This document shows positions 19,051 through 28,598 of a stretch of DNA of 64,000 bases, in pieces (positions within the stretch are counted from its first letter, which is position 1; each line of letters opens with the position of its first letter). Under the pieces are notes generated by a model. That model searched no databases. It saw only the letters and a program-made list of their open reading frames with translations, and had not been told where the DNA came from. The translations under genes were made by a program, and so were the position numbers. This DNA is from Desulfatiglandales bacterium (GTDB lineage: Bacteria; Desulfobacterota; DSM-4660; Desulfatiglandales; Desulfatiglandaceae), in assembly GCA_963662465.1 (NCBI GenBank), contig OY759599.1, positions 3,136,001 through 3,200,000 on the forward strand, written 5' to 3'.

Positions 19051-19884
19051 TCAACTCTCCAGTTTCAGGCGATCCGATGCATCCAGTTTCTCCCACCCGT
19101 CCAGGCCCAGCATTCGAATCCTTTTTTTGCCCTCGGAATCCCCGCCCATGTCTTGAATCAATTGAACAGCCTTCTGGCGGTCCCTTGAAAATCCCTCCGG
19201 GAAGGCGAATATCAACCGAAGGGTTTCCTCTCCCCGAGCCACGATTTTCATTTTATTGCAGAGTTTGGGGTTGATCCCCTTGAGCTCCTCAAAGGCCATG
19301 TCCGATGCAAAGGCCATTCTGGCCATCCCGAAACCCACGCTCATGAGGGCATCGATATCCTTGGGAACCGTGAGGATTTGAAAGGGCCTGGCGAAAGACT
19401 TTTGAAGCATTTTGTCAAGTGCGCCGGCCGTATACTGCCAGCTGCCGGCAGAAGCCACAAGCCCCGTTTTTTGAGCGATAATATCAGCCGATTTTTCACC
19501 GGCCACCACAATTTTCTGCTGATATTTTTGACCGTTTCGTAAACCGGTGAGCATGGCGGTGAGGTTGTAGGGTTTGTGGATATGGCGGTAATGCCAGCTG
19601 GACAGGAGCAGCAGGCAGTTATCTTTTCCTTTGATCTGCTTTTCAAAAACGTCCCTGGCACTGAACGGTTGAAATTCGTATGGTCCCAGCTTAGAGAGAT
19701 AGCGATCAAACTCCATCTTGAGGGATTTGAAATTGTTGATGTTGGCTTCGGTGCTGTAGAAATAGATCTTGGTTTTGCCCGCACTCATGGAAACGACATA
19801 GAAGACCGCGATGCTGGAAATGGTCAGCACCAAAATCAGGAGCAAGATGGAAAATCTCTTTTTGAAATGCTTCAACTTTTTCAT
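19051..19884 (-). CDS. Periplasmic binding protein, PhnD-like fold (tentative)
   Basis: N-terminal hydrophobic anchor; VPKDIDALMSVGFG; C-terminal LGLDGW. Confidence 0.6.
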   Translation of the reverse strand: MKKLKHFKKRFSILLLILVLTISSIAVFYVVSMSAGKTKIYFYSTEANINNFKSLKMEFDRYLSKLGPYEFQPFSARDVFEKQIKGKDNCLLLLSSWHYRHIHKPYNLTAMLTGLRNGQKYQQKIVVAGEKSADIIAQKTGLVASAGSWQYTAGALDKMLQKSFARPFQILTVPKDIDALMSVGFGMARMAFASDMAFEELKGINPKLCNKMKIVARGEETLRLIFAFPEGFSRDRQKAVQLIQDMGGDSEGKKRIRMLGLDGWEKLDASDRLKLES

Positions 19885-20080
19885 TGTTGAATACGGTTTT
19901 TCGACCGACTCATTTTAAAGCGCTTAAACGACCACAGGAGCCACTGTGTGTTCCTTCAAAATTAGCCTGAAACGACATGTTTGACGGTTCAAACCGTCAA
20001 CTTTTTTAAAAAAAAGTAGTCGAAAGATCAATTTCAGTTTGCTTAAAATGTCATGAAAAAATCAAAAATGCATTAGTGTA

Positions 20081-20114
20081 CCATATGCCATTTATAGATG
20101 TCAAGCGGAATATC
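20081..20114. repeat. 34-bp direct repeat, copy 1 (copy 2 at 21551-21584)
   Basis: CCATATGCCA(T/G)TTATAGATGTCAAGCGGAATATC; the two copies differ at one base. Confidence 0.9.
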
Positions 20115-20194
20115 CCAGGGTATCGCATAAAATAATACTGGATAATTTTTTTTTGAGGGGAGATAATAGGGTGGCTTGTTATATACATGTTTGA

Positions 20195-20362
20195 ATGGAA
20201 AAGAGGCATTCGGACCTGATTTCGCGGCTGGATACGAACAATGGCCGCATCGACCAGTTTTTCATGACGACCGCAACCAAAGAAACTCAGGCAGGTATTG
20301 ACAGGCGTCTGATGCACCTGGAACAGGAGGTGGGTCATCTCAAGCAGCAGATGGCCGCATGA
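20195..20362 (+). pseudogene. 3' remnant copy of the coiled-coil gene at 21655-22155
   Basis: Near-identical to 21988-22155 (MEKRHSDLISRLD...LKQQMAA*). Confidence 0.88.
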
Positions 20363-20419
20363 TTTTTGAATCCATGTTCTTATAAACCGCAATCTCACTC
20401 AGGAAGTTTGCGGAATCCA

Positions 20420-20845
20420 TTAACCGGTCCGAATCAGATATTCTACAATCCTTTTTACAAAAAACTCGAAGTCGGGTAGATTCTTTTTGAAAATCCCGTA
20501 CACGAGTTCATCATCAACCCTTTCATAATAATGGACCAGCAGGTTGCGAAAAGAAGCCATGTTCTCAAATTTATTGAGATCTTCGGGACGAAGAACACCA
20601 TTTTCCGCTAAAACGGTAAATGTATCACGATAGCTGGAGGGCTCTCTCATTTTTTCATCAGAGATGATATGGTGGCCGACATCAATGCATGCCTCAATGA
20701 TCACATGCAAAGTCCGTTCAACAAAGCGACGGGAGCGTTTGTCTGTTTTATAGACCTCCCATGTGATATCAGTGGCATTTTTCAGATCATTCACTTCTGA
20801 GGCGATCTCAGCAAGTAAGCGCTCAACCAGTATTCGGTCAACCAT
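20420..20845 (-). CDS. HEPN (DUF86/HepT-like) RNase toxin
   Basis: ERTLHVIIEACIDVG, PSSYRD and RNLLVHYY (RX4H plus the adjacent Tyr). Confidence 0.9.
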   Translation of the reverse strand: MVDRILVERLLAEIASEVNDLKNATDITWEVYKTDKRSRRFVERTLHVIIEACIDVGHHIISDEKMREPSSYRDTFTVLAENGVLRPEDLNKFENMASFRNLLVHYYERVDDELVYGIFKKNLPDFEFFVKRIVEYLIRTG

Positions 20846-21263
20846 TTTTACCACCGTAAAGGACTTTGCGCACATAACGCTTATGCAGGTTCAAGAAGTC
20901 TTCGTAACTTTTTCGGCCCAGAATTTCAGCTTTTTTACGTATCTCAGGTGAGCCCTCGAATACCAGTTTTCCCGTTTTGCGTACCTCGTATTTAAGGATT
21001 TCATCTGCGCGGTTGAGCACAACCACATCAACGCGGCAGTCCACGGCCTTTTCAAATTCAGAAATCAAATGAGGGATTGCAACTGACTGGAGGCAGTTAC
21101 TTTCCAGCAACACAGCGATATCGATATCATTCGGTTCCCTTGTATTGTCTTTGACAAAGGAGCCGAAAATGTAGGCTGCTGCAATGCCTTTGTGCCGGGA
21201 ACAAATTGAAAAAACGGCTTGCTCAATGGCTTTTCTTGATTTCATTCTACTATTGCTCAACAT
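20838..21263 (-). CDS. Minimal nucleotidyltransferase (MntA-like) antitoxin
   Basis: AYIFGSFVKDNTREPNDIDIAV (GSX10DXD) and VDVVVL; overlaps the HEPN start. Confidence 0.9.
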   Translation of the reverse strand: MLSNSRMKSRKAIEQAVFSICSRHKGIAAAYIFGSFVKDNTREPNDIDIAVLLESNCLQSVAIPHLISEFEKAVDCRVDVVVLNRADEILKYEVRKTGKLVFEGSPEIRKKAEILGRKSYEDFLNLHKRYVRKVLYGGKNG

Positions 21264-21550
21264 TGCATAGCCATATATACATTATGATATGTTCCCAAAT
21301 GAAGGGCGTCAATTGTTTTATGAGTGATGTAAACGGCACACCGCAGACCGCTTCTTTGTGTTTTCACCCTACTATTATTCAACTGTTTCTTTTGGCGATG
21401 AACGACTCTTGCGTTTTTGAAATGCCATTGCGAGCCGGCTGATTTCCTCACCACTCATGTCCCCAACGCTGGATTTCCTGCCTACGTTCTTCATAGGGAT
21501 TGGCGGCATTTTCGAAATCAAGTACATATGACCATGCCAAAGAAATTTTT

Positions 21551-21616
21551 CCATATGCCAGTTATAGATGTCAAGCGGAATATCCTCTTGACGCAAACAT
21601 GCCTGGAATGTAAAAA
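21551..21616 (+). promoter_or_regulatory. 34-bp repeat copy 2 followed by a sigma70-like promoter
   Basis: Repeat at 21551-21584; TTGACG (21588), 17-bp spacer, TAAAAA. Confidence 0.45.
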
Positions 21617-21654
21617 TAAATTAATGGGTTTGTTGAAAAAGGGAGGAAGTCCAA

Positions 21655-22155
21655 ATGGAAATACCGGAAAGCGTCAAAAAGCTCTTTCAGGAAATGATCG
21701 TTCCGGAATTGGGTAAAATCCAGGAAGAGAATCAGAAAATTGTTGCCATCCTTGAACTAACCAACAAACGGCTGGATGACGTCAACCAGCACCTGGTGGA
21801 TCAGAGTCGGCGAATTGATGAAGTTCGAACAGAGCTTACTGAGCGGATCGACGGCACAAACAAGCGGATCGATGAATCCAATAAGCGTATTGAAGATTTG
21901 CGGTTTGAACTGAGCCAGGAGATTAAGGATGTGCGATCTGAACTGAGCCGGGAGATTAAAGATGTGCGGTCTGAATTGACCGAAAAAATGGAAAAGATGC
22001 ATTCGGACCTGATTTCGCGGCTGGATGCGAACAATGGCCGCATCGACCAGTTTTTCATGACGGCCGCAACCAAAGAAACTCAGGCAGGTATTGACAGGCG
22101 TCTGATGCACCTGGAACATGAAGTGGGTCATCTCAAGCAGCAGATGGCCGCATGA
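21655..22155 (+). CDS. Coiled-coil protein with 7- and 11-residue repeats
   Basis: GGGAGG RBS; RIDGTNK-RIDESNK-RIE heptads; ELSQEIKDVRS-ELSREIKDVRS (33-bp tandem repeat). Confidence 0.85.
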   Translation: MEIPESVKKLFQEMIVPELGKIQEENQKIVAILELTNKRLDDVNQHLVDQSRRIDEVRTELTERIDGTNKRIDESNKRIEDLRFELSQEIKDVRSELSREIKDVRSELTEKMEKMHSDLISRLDANNGRIDQFFMTAATKETQAGIDRRLMHLEHEVGHLKQQMAA

Positions 22156-22218
22156 ACTTTAAAAAACCATGTTCTTGAAAAACCTCAAACTCAATGTGAG
22201 AACGAGAAAACTTGTTTA

Positions 22219-22659
22219 TCAAAACGTATACCGCATCTCGAGAAAAAAATTGATGCCAGGCATAGGGAGGTCTTCGGGGAGCAGGTAAGCGGGATAATTC
22301 GGCGCTGCGCAATCCTTTTTCACCACCCCGCTGTCGGTAACGGTCGTCTGAATGTAGTTCTTTGGTTTTGAGTAAAAACCGCAAATTTCAGATGTGAACC
22401 GCAGAAGGAGTTTAAAACCAAAAGTCAGCTCATAGGTATCCCGGGTCATGGGTTTCAGGTCTTGATCCCCATACAGCGGATGATACAGCTCCATAAGAGT
22501 GGGGGCGCGGAACGCCCTGCCGTAAAGAAATTTCGAAAGGAGTACAATGATCATAACGGGCGGCCCATATAATACCCACGCGAAGTTATCAGGAACAAAA
22601 ACTGTCAGTTCCGCATTATTATAGGTGGCGATTGTACCGTGCTGATTTTCACACTGCAA
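22219..22659 (-). pseudogene. Internally deleted remnant of a TonB-dependent receptor paralogous to 15957-18110
   Basis: FLYGRAFRAPTLMELYH...EICGFY and MPGINFFLEMRYTF match the intact receptor, but the intervening blocks are missing. Confidence 0.88.
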
Positions 22660-22674
22660 CTGTATTTCCTTTCA

Positions 22675-23613
22675 TCAGAAACGAAAGCTCACCGCAAGAC
22701 CCGCAGGTCGTTTTTCCGAAGTTAATACACGGAAATCAATTCCGTTCAACAGGCCTTTTCGAAAATCATCCCGAACCTTCCGGTTCCATTTGTGCGTCAC
22801 ATTGACGGCGCTGTAAATATTTCCCGAATACCAGCCCACCTCAAAAAAAGCCAAAATACCCCCCAGCACATTGTGGTCCTGGTGAAACGATTCCACTGTG
22901 GCCCAGATAAACAGGCCGTTTAACAGAAAAGCCACCACGGCATCTTTATACCGAGACACATAGACATGCCCGAGACCCGGTAAGACACCCGCCATAATCC
23001 CCGCCGTCGTCGGATCTTTGTGAGGGAGGTCCTCTCCCTTAAGGCTTTCCACGGAGAGACGGCGGGCATTTTCATACAGCTGACTTCCGGCTTCCACCTT
23101 ACTGAAATCATCCGAGGCTTTCCGCCAGCGATTTTCCTGCATCCTTGTCCATCCGAGCCGGTAAAGGGCCTTGTTTCTCAAGGAAACAGCAGGGTATCGT
23201 TTCAGCACCTCGTCAAAAAAGTCCGCGGCCTTATCATATACACCCTCCTTGTAATAGGACTCCCCGGTCAGGAAAAGGGCTTTCTTGGCCATGGCGCTGT
23301 CAGGATCAGCCCGAAATACCTGGGCAAAAACCTTTCGGGCCTCCTCATACTTACCTGAATCGAGATAACACAGCCCAATCAACTGCCGAGCCAGAGAAAC
23401 ACGCCTCTCCTTGGGGAAAAAATAGATAAAGCGTTCAAATTCACTGATGGCGCGCCCGTAGTCGGCCCTGTCCATGAAGCTGTGGGCAAATTCAAACTGC
23501 CCGTCGGCGTCAATAACGATCTGTTCCGAGAATGCCGGAGCCGCCCCCCATACCAGAACGACAGCCAGCACCAGAGATAAGTAGAATTTACCGGGGTGAA
23601 GCGTGTGCATCAT
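22675..23613 (-). CDS. Exported TPR-repeat protein with a hydrophobic C-terminal region
   Basis: Signal peptide, TPR helices (ALFLTGESYY, ALYRLGW) and LPGLGHVY motif. Confidence 0.8.
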   Translation of the reverse strand: MMHTLHPGKFYLSLVLAVVLVWGAAPAFSEQIVIDADGQFEFAHSFMDRADYGRAISEFERFIYFFPKERRVSLARQLIGLCYLDSGKYEEARKVFAQVFRADPDSAMAKKALFLTGESYYKEGVYDKAADFFDEVLKRYPAVSLRNKALYRLGWTRMQENRWRKASDDFSKVEAGSQLYENARRLSVESLKGEDLPHKDPTTAGIMAGVLPGLGHVYVSRYKDAVVAFLLNGLFIWATVESFHQDHNVLGGILAFFEVGWYSGNIYSAVNVTHKWNRKVRDDFRKGLLNGIDFRVLTSEKRPAGLAVSFRF

Positions 23614-24046
23614 CTGAGTACCACCAGAAATCATTATTTTTAACGGGATCAATGATCTTTCCTTTCCCATTGCGGTTTTTCACGGGAGACACCGTCCATT
23701 CATCTCCCTCATGGATCAGACGGTCAACGGTCATCAACCACCCCATCACTAGACCATGCTTTTTAAACACCTGAACGCTGTAACTAGAACAGGTGGGCTC
23801 ACTGGGGCACCGGTCCCCATCGACCGCTGAGATATGCTTGGAAAAAAAAGACGCCAGCCAGGCGCCCACGTTGGTTTCAGATCCACCCTGCTTGACTTCT
23901 CTTTTGGCTAGGTTCCGTCCGCTTTCCATTTCAAAGGGATCGCCACAAACCCCATTTGTAAAACCAGGCCCCAGGAAATAAAAAACCATCAGGATGACTA
24001 TCAACATCATATGCCGTTTCACGCGTCGCTTCTCCAGAACATCCAT
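23588..24046 (-). CDS. yidD: YidD-like membrane protein insertion efficiency factor
   Basis: ISAVDGDRCPSEPTCSSYS...KHG...TVDRL. Confidence 0.75.
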   Translation of the reverse strand: MDVLEKRRVKRHMMLIVILMVFYFLGPGFTNGVCGDPFEMESGRNLAKREVKQGGSETNVGAWLASFFSKHISAVDGDRCPSEPTCSSYSVQVFKKHGLVMGWLMTVDRLIHEGDEWTVSPVKNRNGKGKIIDPVKNNDFWWYSDDAHASPR

Positions 24047-24053
24047 TCTTTTC

Positions 24054-24091
24054 GCTAACAGCTAACAGCTAACGGCTAACAGCTAACGGCT
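24054..24091. repeat. 7-bp tandem repeat (GCTAACR)x5
   Basis: gctaaca gctaaca gctaacg gctaaca gctaacg gct. Confidence 0.9.
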
Positions 24092-24150
24092 CAAACCCTA
24101 ATGAACCCTTTAAAATATGTCAAGATGTTCAAACAAAAGACCAATATCTC

Positions 24151-24179
24151 TTGACCTGAAACCGTTTTCCAATTATCCT
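24151..24179 (+). promoter_or_regulatory. Candidate sigma70 promoter for hflKC
   Basis: TTGACC, 17-bp spacer, TATCCT. Confidence 0.45.
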
Positions 24180-24315
24180 ATTAGAATGCCAATGTAAAAT
24201 CTTCCACATCAATAACTTTAATATTACGTTTTTTCAAAAAAGACAACACCATCGCAACGTATGTTTTCAAAGTTGCAACTCGGTTTGGATTCACAATCAA
24301 TCAAGGAGATGCCAG

Positions 24316-25368
24316 ATGGCTTGGGACTGGGACAAATTGCAGGAAAATAAGCAAAAATCATCGGGAGGAGGATCCGGAGCCCCCCCCAATATGGATGAGG
24401 TATTTGAAAAAATCCGAAGCGTCAGAAAAAAATTCCCAGGGGGATCATGGCTTATCGTTGTCATAGTGATTGCGCTTTTTCTGGGCTCCAGCTGTTTCTA
24501 CACAGTGGCGGTGGATGAAGTGGGCGTGGTTCAACGGTTTGGAAAATACGTGAGGACCGCCCAGCCCGGACTCAGCTTTAAACTGCCCCGAGGTATCGAA
24601 AAGGTGACCAACGTCAAGGTTCGATACGTTTTCAAGGAGGAATTCGGTTTCAGGACCCTTCAGGCAGGCGTTAAAACACGCTATGCCGCTTCAAGCTCCT
24701 ATACCAATGAATCCCTCATGCTCACCGGCGACCTGAACGTGGCGGTGGTGCCATGGATCGTCCAATACCGCGTCAATGACCCGTTCAACTATCTCTTTAA
24801 AGTCCATGATGTACGGTCGACCTTCAGGGACCTGGCCGAAGCCAGCATGCGATTGGTGGTGGGAGACAGCTCCATCAACGAAGTAATTTCCAAACGGGAA
24901 GAACTTGCGGGAAAAGCCAAAATCATGCTGCAGCAATATCTGGATGAAGCGGAGACGGGAATCAAAGTCGTCAATGTCGAAATGAAAAAAACCAATGTTC
25001 CCGAACCGGTACAACCCTCCTTCAATGAAGTGAACCAGGCCATTCAGGAAAAGGAGCGCATGATATACCAGGCCAGGGAAGCCTACAATAAAGTGATTCC
25101 CGCCGCCAAGGGAAATGCTGAAAAAACCATCAAGGCCGCGGAAGGCTATGCCTTGGATCGCGTAAACCGGGCAAAGGGCGACGCGGCCCGTTTCCTGGAT
25201 CTTTACGAAGCCTATGCCAAATCGGAAGATGTAACCCGAAGACGTCTCTACCTTGAAGCCATGCAGGTCATCCTGCCAAAGCTGGAAAAGAAGTTTTTTG
25301 TGGATGCCGAACAGAAAAATTTTCTTCCGCTGCTGAACCTGGAAACATCTGAAGGAGTGAAAAAATGA
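24316..25368 (+). CDS. hflK: FtsH protease modulator HflK
   Basis: MAW N-terminus, GVVQRFGK, MLTGDLN, SPFH domain and VTRRRLYLE. Confidence 0.95.
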   Translation: MAWDWDKLQENKQKSSGGGSGAPPNMDEVFEKIRSVRKKFPGGSWLIVVIVIALFLGSSCFYTVAVDEVGVVQRFGKYVRTAQPGLSFKLPRGIEKVTNVKVRYVFKEEFGFRTLQAGVKTRYAASSSYTNESLMLTGDLNVAVVPWIVQYRVNDPFNYLFKVHDVRSTFRDLAEASMRLVVGDSSINEVISKREELAGKAKIMLQQYLDEAETGIKVVNVEMKKTNVPEPVQPSFNEVNQAIQEKERMIYQAREAYNKVIPAAKGNAEKTIKAAEGYALDRVNRAKGDAARFLDLYEAYAKSEDVTRRRLYLEAMQVILPKLEKKFFVDAEQKNFLPLLNLETSEGVKK

Positions 25369-26327
25369 AAACAAAAGCGTTGATTATTCCCCTGATCATT
25401 ATCCTGATCGCCATTTTTTCAGGGGCCTACGTTATTGATGAAACCGAACAGGTGGTCATTACCCAGTTCGGAAAATCCATTGGGTCGCCCAAAACCGCCC
25501 CCGGTCTCTATTTTAAAATTCCGGTCATTCAACAGGCCAACTTTTTTCCCAAAAATCTTCTGGAGTGGGACGGAGACTCCGGCCAGGTGCCCACATTGGA
25601 TAAAACCTTTATCTCCGTGGATACTTTTGCGCGATGGAAAATCGTGGATCCTCTGAAGTTTTTTGAAACCGTCAACAACGTGATAGGGGCCCAGGCCCGA
25701 CTGGACGACATTATCGACCCGGCCGTCAGGAATTTCATCACCTCGTATCCCCTGATTGAAACCGTAAGGGATTCCAACCGGGAACTGGATACCTTCGAGG
25801 TGGGCGTCGATCGCGCCGATGAAGAACGGACACTGGGCGAAATCACCACGGGAAGGGGTAAAATCACCAAAGGCATCCTGAACCAGGCGCAACCCAAGTT
25901 GAAAGACTTCGGCATTGAACTGGTGGATGTACAGATCAAGCGATTGAACTATGTGGAACAGGTTCAAAAATCCGTTTATGCCCGAATGATCGCGGAACGA
26001 AAACAAATTGCTGAAAAATTCCGATCAGAGGGCGAAGGTGAAGCCCGGATTATTGAGGGAAACCGGGATAAAGAACTCAAAAAAATCACATCTGAAGCGT
26101 ACAAAACCGCCCAGGAAGTCATGGGAAAAGCGGATGCCGAATCCACCACGGTTTATGCCCTGGCCTATGACAAAGATCCCGAGTTTTACTCGTTTGTCAA
26201 GTCTCTGGACGTGTACCGGAATGTCATGGACAACAAGAGTTTTCTGCTGCTTTCAACGGATTCTGATTTTTTAAGGTATTTCAAGGGCTATAATCCCACC
26301 AAGGGATACAGTCCCAGTAACAACTGA
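25365..26327 (+). CDS. hflC: FtsH protease modulator HflC
   Basis: EQVVITQFGK, PGLYFKIP, RMIAER and DPEFYSFVKSL. Confidence 0.95.
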   Translation: MKTKALIIPLIIILIAIFSGAYVIDETEQVVITQFGKSIGSPKTAPGLYFKIPVIQQANFFPKNLLEWDGDSGQVPTLDKTFISVDTFARWKIVDPLKFFETVNNVIGAQARLDDIIDPAVRNFITSYPLIETVRDSNRELDTFEVGVDRADEERTLGEITTGRGKITKGILNQAQPKLKDFGIELVDVQIKRLNYVEQVQKSVYARMIAERKQIAEKFRSEGEGEARIIEGNRDKELKKITSEAYKTAQEVMGKADAESTTVYALAYDKDPEFYSFVKSLDVYRNVMDNKSFLLLSTDSDFLRYFKGYNPTKGYSPSNN

Positions 26328-26396
26328 GGCGGAAAGCCCCAGTTTTGTATTTTATCTTTCACTGAATTCTCGTTGGCGCATAAGAGGAATTTGATA

Positions 26397-26897
26397 ATGG
26401 TAAGAACCGAGATTTCCCTTTTTTTGGAAAACGTCCCCGGTGAACTCGCTAAATTGACGGGCATGCTGGAAGAAGCCGGGATCAACATCGATGCAATGAC
26501 CATTCAGGACGCATCGGAGTATGTGCAAACCCTTTTCAAGGCGAGGGGGAAATCCCTCAAACGGGTGGCCTCCGCCGCCAGCTACGGGTCCATGAAAAAA
26601 GACTCCGTGGACCATGCCCTGATACGGCTTCTGGTGGAAAAAACCGATGAGGCCATAGACCTGCTGTCCCGGAAAGGATACCTGTTTGACATCATGCCGG
26701 TCATTGCGCTGGAAATGGAAAACAAACCGGGAAGCCTGGCGAGAATGGCCAAAAAATTTGGCGAAAACGGAATCAACATCAACTATGTTTATGGCTCCGC
26801 GCCAACCAAAAACCAGAAAGCCATCTTCGTTTTCAACCCGGAAGACATCGACATGGCCGCCGGGATATTCAGCGGCCCGGAGTCTTCAGCAACTTAA
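26397..26897 (+). CDS. Tandem ACT-domain protein
   Basis: ISLFLENVPGEL...GINI and ENKPGSL...ININYVYG. Confidence 0.85.
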   Translation: MVRTEISLFLENVPGELAKLTGMLEEAGINIDAMTIQDASEYVQTLFKARGKSLKRVASAASYGSMKKDSVDHALIRLLVEKTDEAIDLLSRKGYLFDIMPVIALEMENKPGSLARMAKKFGENGININYVYGSAPTKNQKAIFVFNPEDIDMAAGIFSGPESSAT

Positions 26898-28598
26898 ATC
26901 AACAATCTTGAGCTGCACCCTTTCGGTTCCCTGCCATCGGTTTATTTCAGGCGAAAAAATCATATGGAGACCGGCGCCCGTAAGGGGATGCCGGCTTCCC
27001 AGGCCAAAGCCGATGGCATCAAAAACATGTTCTCCCTGCCCTACCCTCAATTTGAGATGGAGATCCCCCACCACCCGAGACTCAAAGACCTTCACTGAAC
27101 GGGCCATAAAGACCGGTTCCGGGTTGCCCTCCCCAAAGGGCGCCAAGGCCCTGATCTGGTGAATGACGTCAAGGGTGATATCTTTGAAAAACAGTTCCGC
27201 ATCCACATTGATGCCGGGAATTAAATCTTCCGGCAGAAGATCCGCCTGGGCCTGCGACTCAATATCTTCCATGAGCGCTTCCAGACCGGACTCCGGCAAG
27301 GTGAATCCCGCTGCGTGGGAATGCCCGCCGAATCTATCAAAATGACGGGCCGCCTTTTTCATGGCGCCGTAAAGATCGAATCCATCGATACTTCTCCCCG
27401 ACCCCACGGCAATGCCGTCGCGAATGGCGGCGATCATGACCGGCCTGTGATATTGCTCCACCAGTCGAGACGCCACAATGCCCAAAACCCCTGGATGCCA
27501 GTTTTGAGCCCACAGAAAAATGGTGCGCCTGCCGCCCAGATCCCCAACCATGGCTGTGGCCTGATCAAGGATGTCCCGTTCCAAAGACTGGCGTCTCAGG
27601 TTTGCCGCGTCAATCTTGTTGGCCAGGACACTGGCTTCCGGATCTTTATCCGCCATGAGCATGTGCAATCCCATGAGCGAATCCCCCATCCGGCCGGGTG
27701 CATTGAGCCGGGGCGCCATCCTGAAGGCCAGGTCATCGGAAGAGACTTCGGACCCAACCACGCCTGCCACATTCATAATGGCCCGGATCCCCGGCCATGT
27801 GGACTGGGCCATGCGACCAACGCCGCCGGATACCAGCATTCGGTTCTGCCCCACCAACGCCACCCTGTCCGCCATGGTGCCCAGAGCCACGAAATCCAGA
27901 TAATCTCTTAAATCCGGTTCGCCCCCGGCCGTAAACCGCCCCTTTTTCCGCAATGCGGCGCGAAGCGCCACCGCCAGAAAAAAGGCCAGACCCACTCCCG
28001 AAAGGTCTTTAAATGGAAACGGACAATCCGCTTGATGCGGATTGACCACCGGGCATTGGGGCTTAAAACCGGACGGAACCTGGTGGTGGTCCGTGATCAC
28101 CACCGCCATCCCCAGACGCTTGGCCAGGGTCACCTCCCGTTCGTTGGAAATCCCGCAGTCCACCGTAATGATCAAACCCGTCCCATCCTTTTTAATCCAT
28201 TCCACAGCCTTTTTGTTCATCCCGTATCCCTCTTTCAAGCGATCGGGAACATAAGTGGCCACACAAAACCCGAGATGAGAAAGAAAGGTTGCCAGCAAGG
28301 CGGTGGCGGTGAGCCCGTCCGCGTCATAATCGCCGTAAACGGTTATTTTTTCCCGCTCTTCCATGGCATCAACAATGGCGTTGACGGCTTCATCCATCCC
28401 CTTCATGCCCATAGGGTCGAGCATTTGGGATAAACGGGGAGAAAGGAAGGACTGGATGGCGGTCTTGTCCCCAACACCGCGATTCACCAGAAGCTGCGCC
28501 TGCAGGGGCGTCACATGGGCCTCATGGGCGAGACGGGTCGCCAGAGAAGATTCGGGTTTTAAGATCCAGTTTTTCCGGCCGGAAAAGAAGGCTTTCAT
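26886..28598 (-). CDS. recJ: ssDNA-specific exonuclease RecJ
   Basis: GDYDADG, ITVDCG, TDHH, APRLNAPGR and FGGHSHAAG. Confidence 0.96.
   Translation of the reverse strand: MKAFFSGRKNWILKPESSLATRLAHEAHVTPLQAQLLVNRGVGDKTAIQSFLSPRLSQMLDPMGMKGMDEAVNAIVDAMEEREKITVYGDYDADGLTATALLATFLSHLGFCVATYVPDRLKEGYGMNKKAVEWIKKDGTGLIITVDCGISNEREVTLAKRLGMAVVITDHHQVPSGFKPQCPVVNPHQADCPFPFKDLSGVGLAFFLAVALRAALRKKGRFTAGGEPDLRDYLDFVALGTMADRVALVGQNRMLVSGGVGRMAQSTWPGIRAIMNVAGVVGSEVSSDDLAFRMAPRLNAPGRMGDSLMGLHMLMADKDPEASVLANKIDAANLRRQSLERDILDQATAMVGDLGGRRTIFLWAQNWHPGVLGIVASRLVEQYHRPVMIAAIRDGIAVGSGRSIDGFDLYGAMKKAARHFDRFGGHSHAAGFTLPESGLEALMEDIESQAQADLLPEDLIPGINVDAELFFKDITLDVIHQIRALAPFGEGNPEPVFMARSVKVFESRVVGDLHLKLRVGQGEHVFDAIGFGLGSRHPLTGAGLHMIFSPEINRWQGTERVQLKIVDLSC

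Noticed and set aside
20051..20398. 115-aa minus-strand ORF resembling 21757-22131
   Set aside because: Antisense shadow of the duplicated coiled-coil gene
20362..20420. attC site making the TA pair an integron cassette
   Set aside because: No RYYYAAC...GTTRRRY pair with an internal palindrome was seen
21375..21596. Small ORFs between the MNT and coiled-coil genes
   Set aside because: No motifs or convincing RBS; they overlap promoter and repeat sequence
21830..21980. CRISPR-like repeats
   Set aside because: These are in-frame 21- and 33-bp coding repeats with no unique spacers and no cas genes
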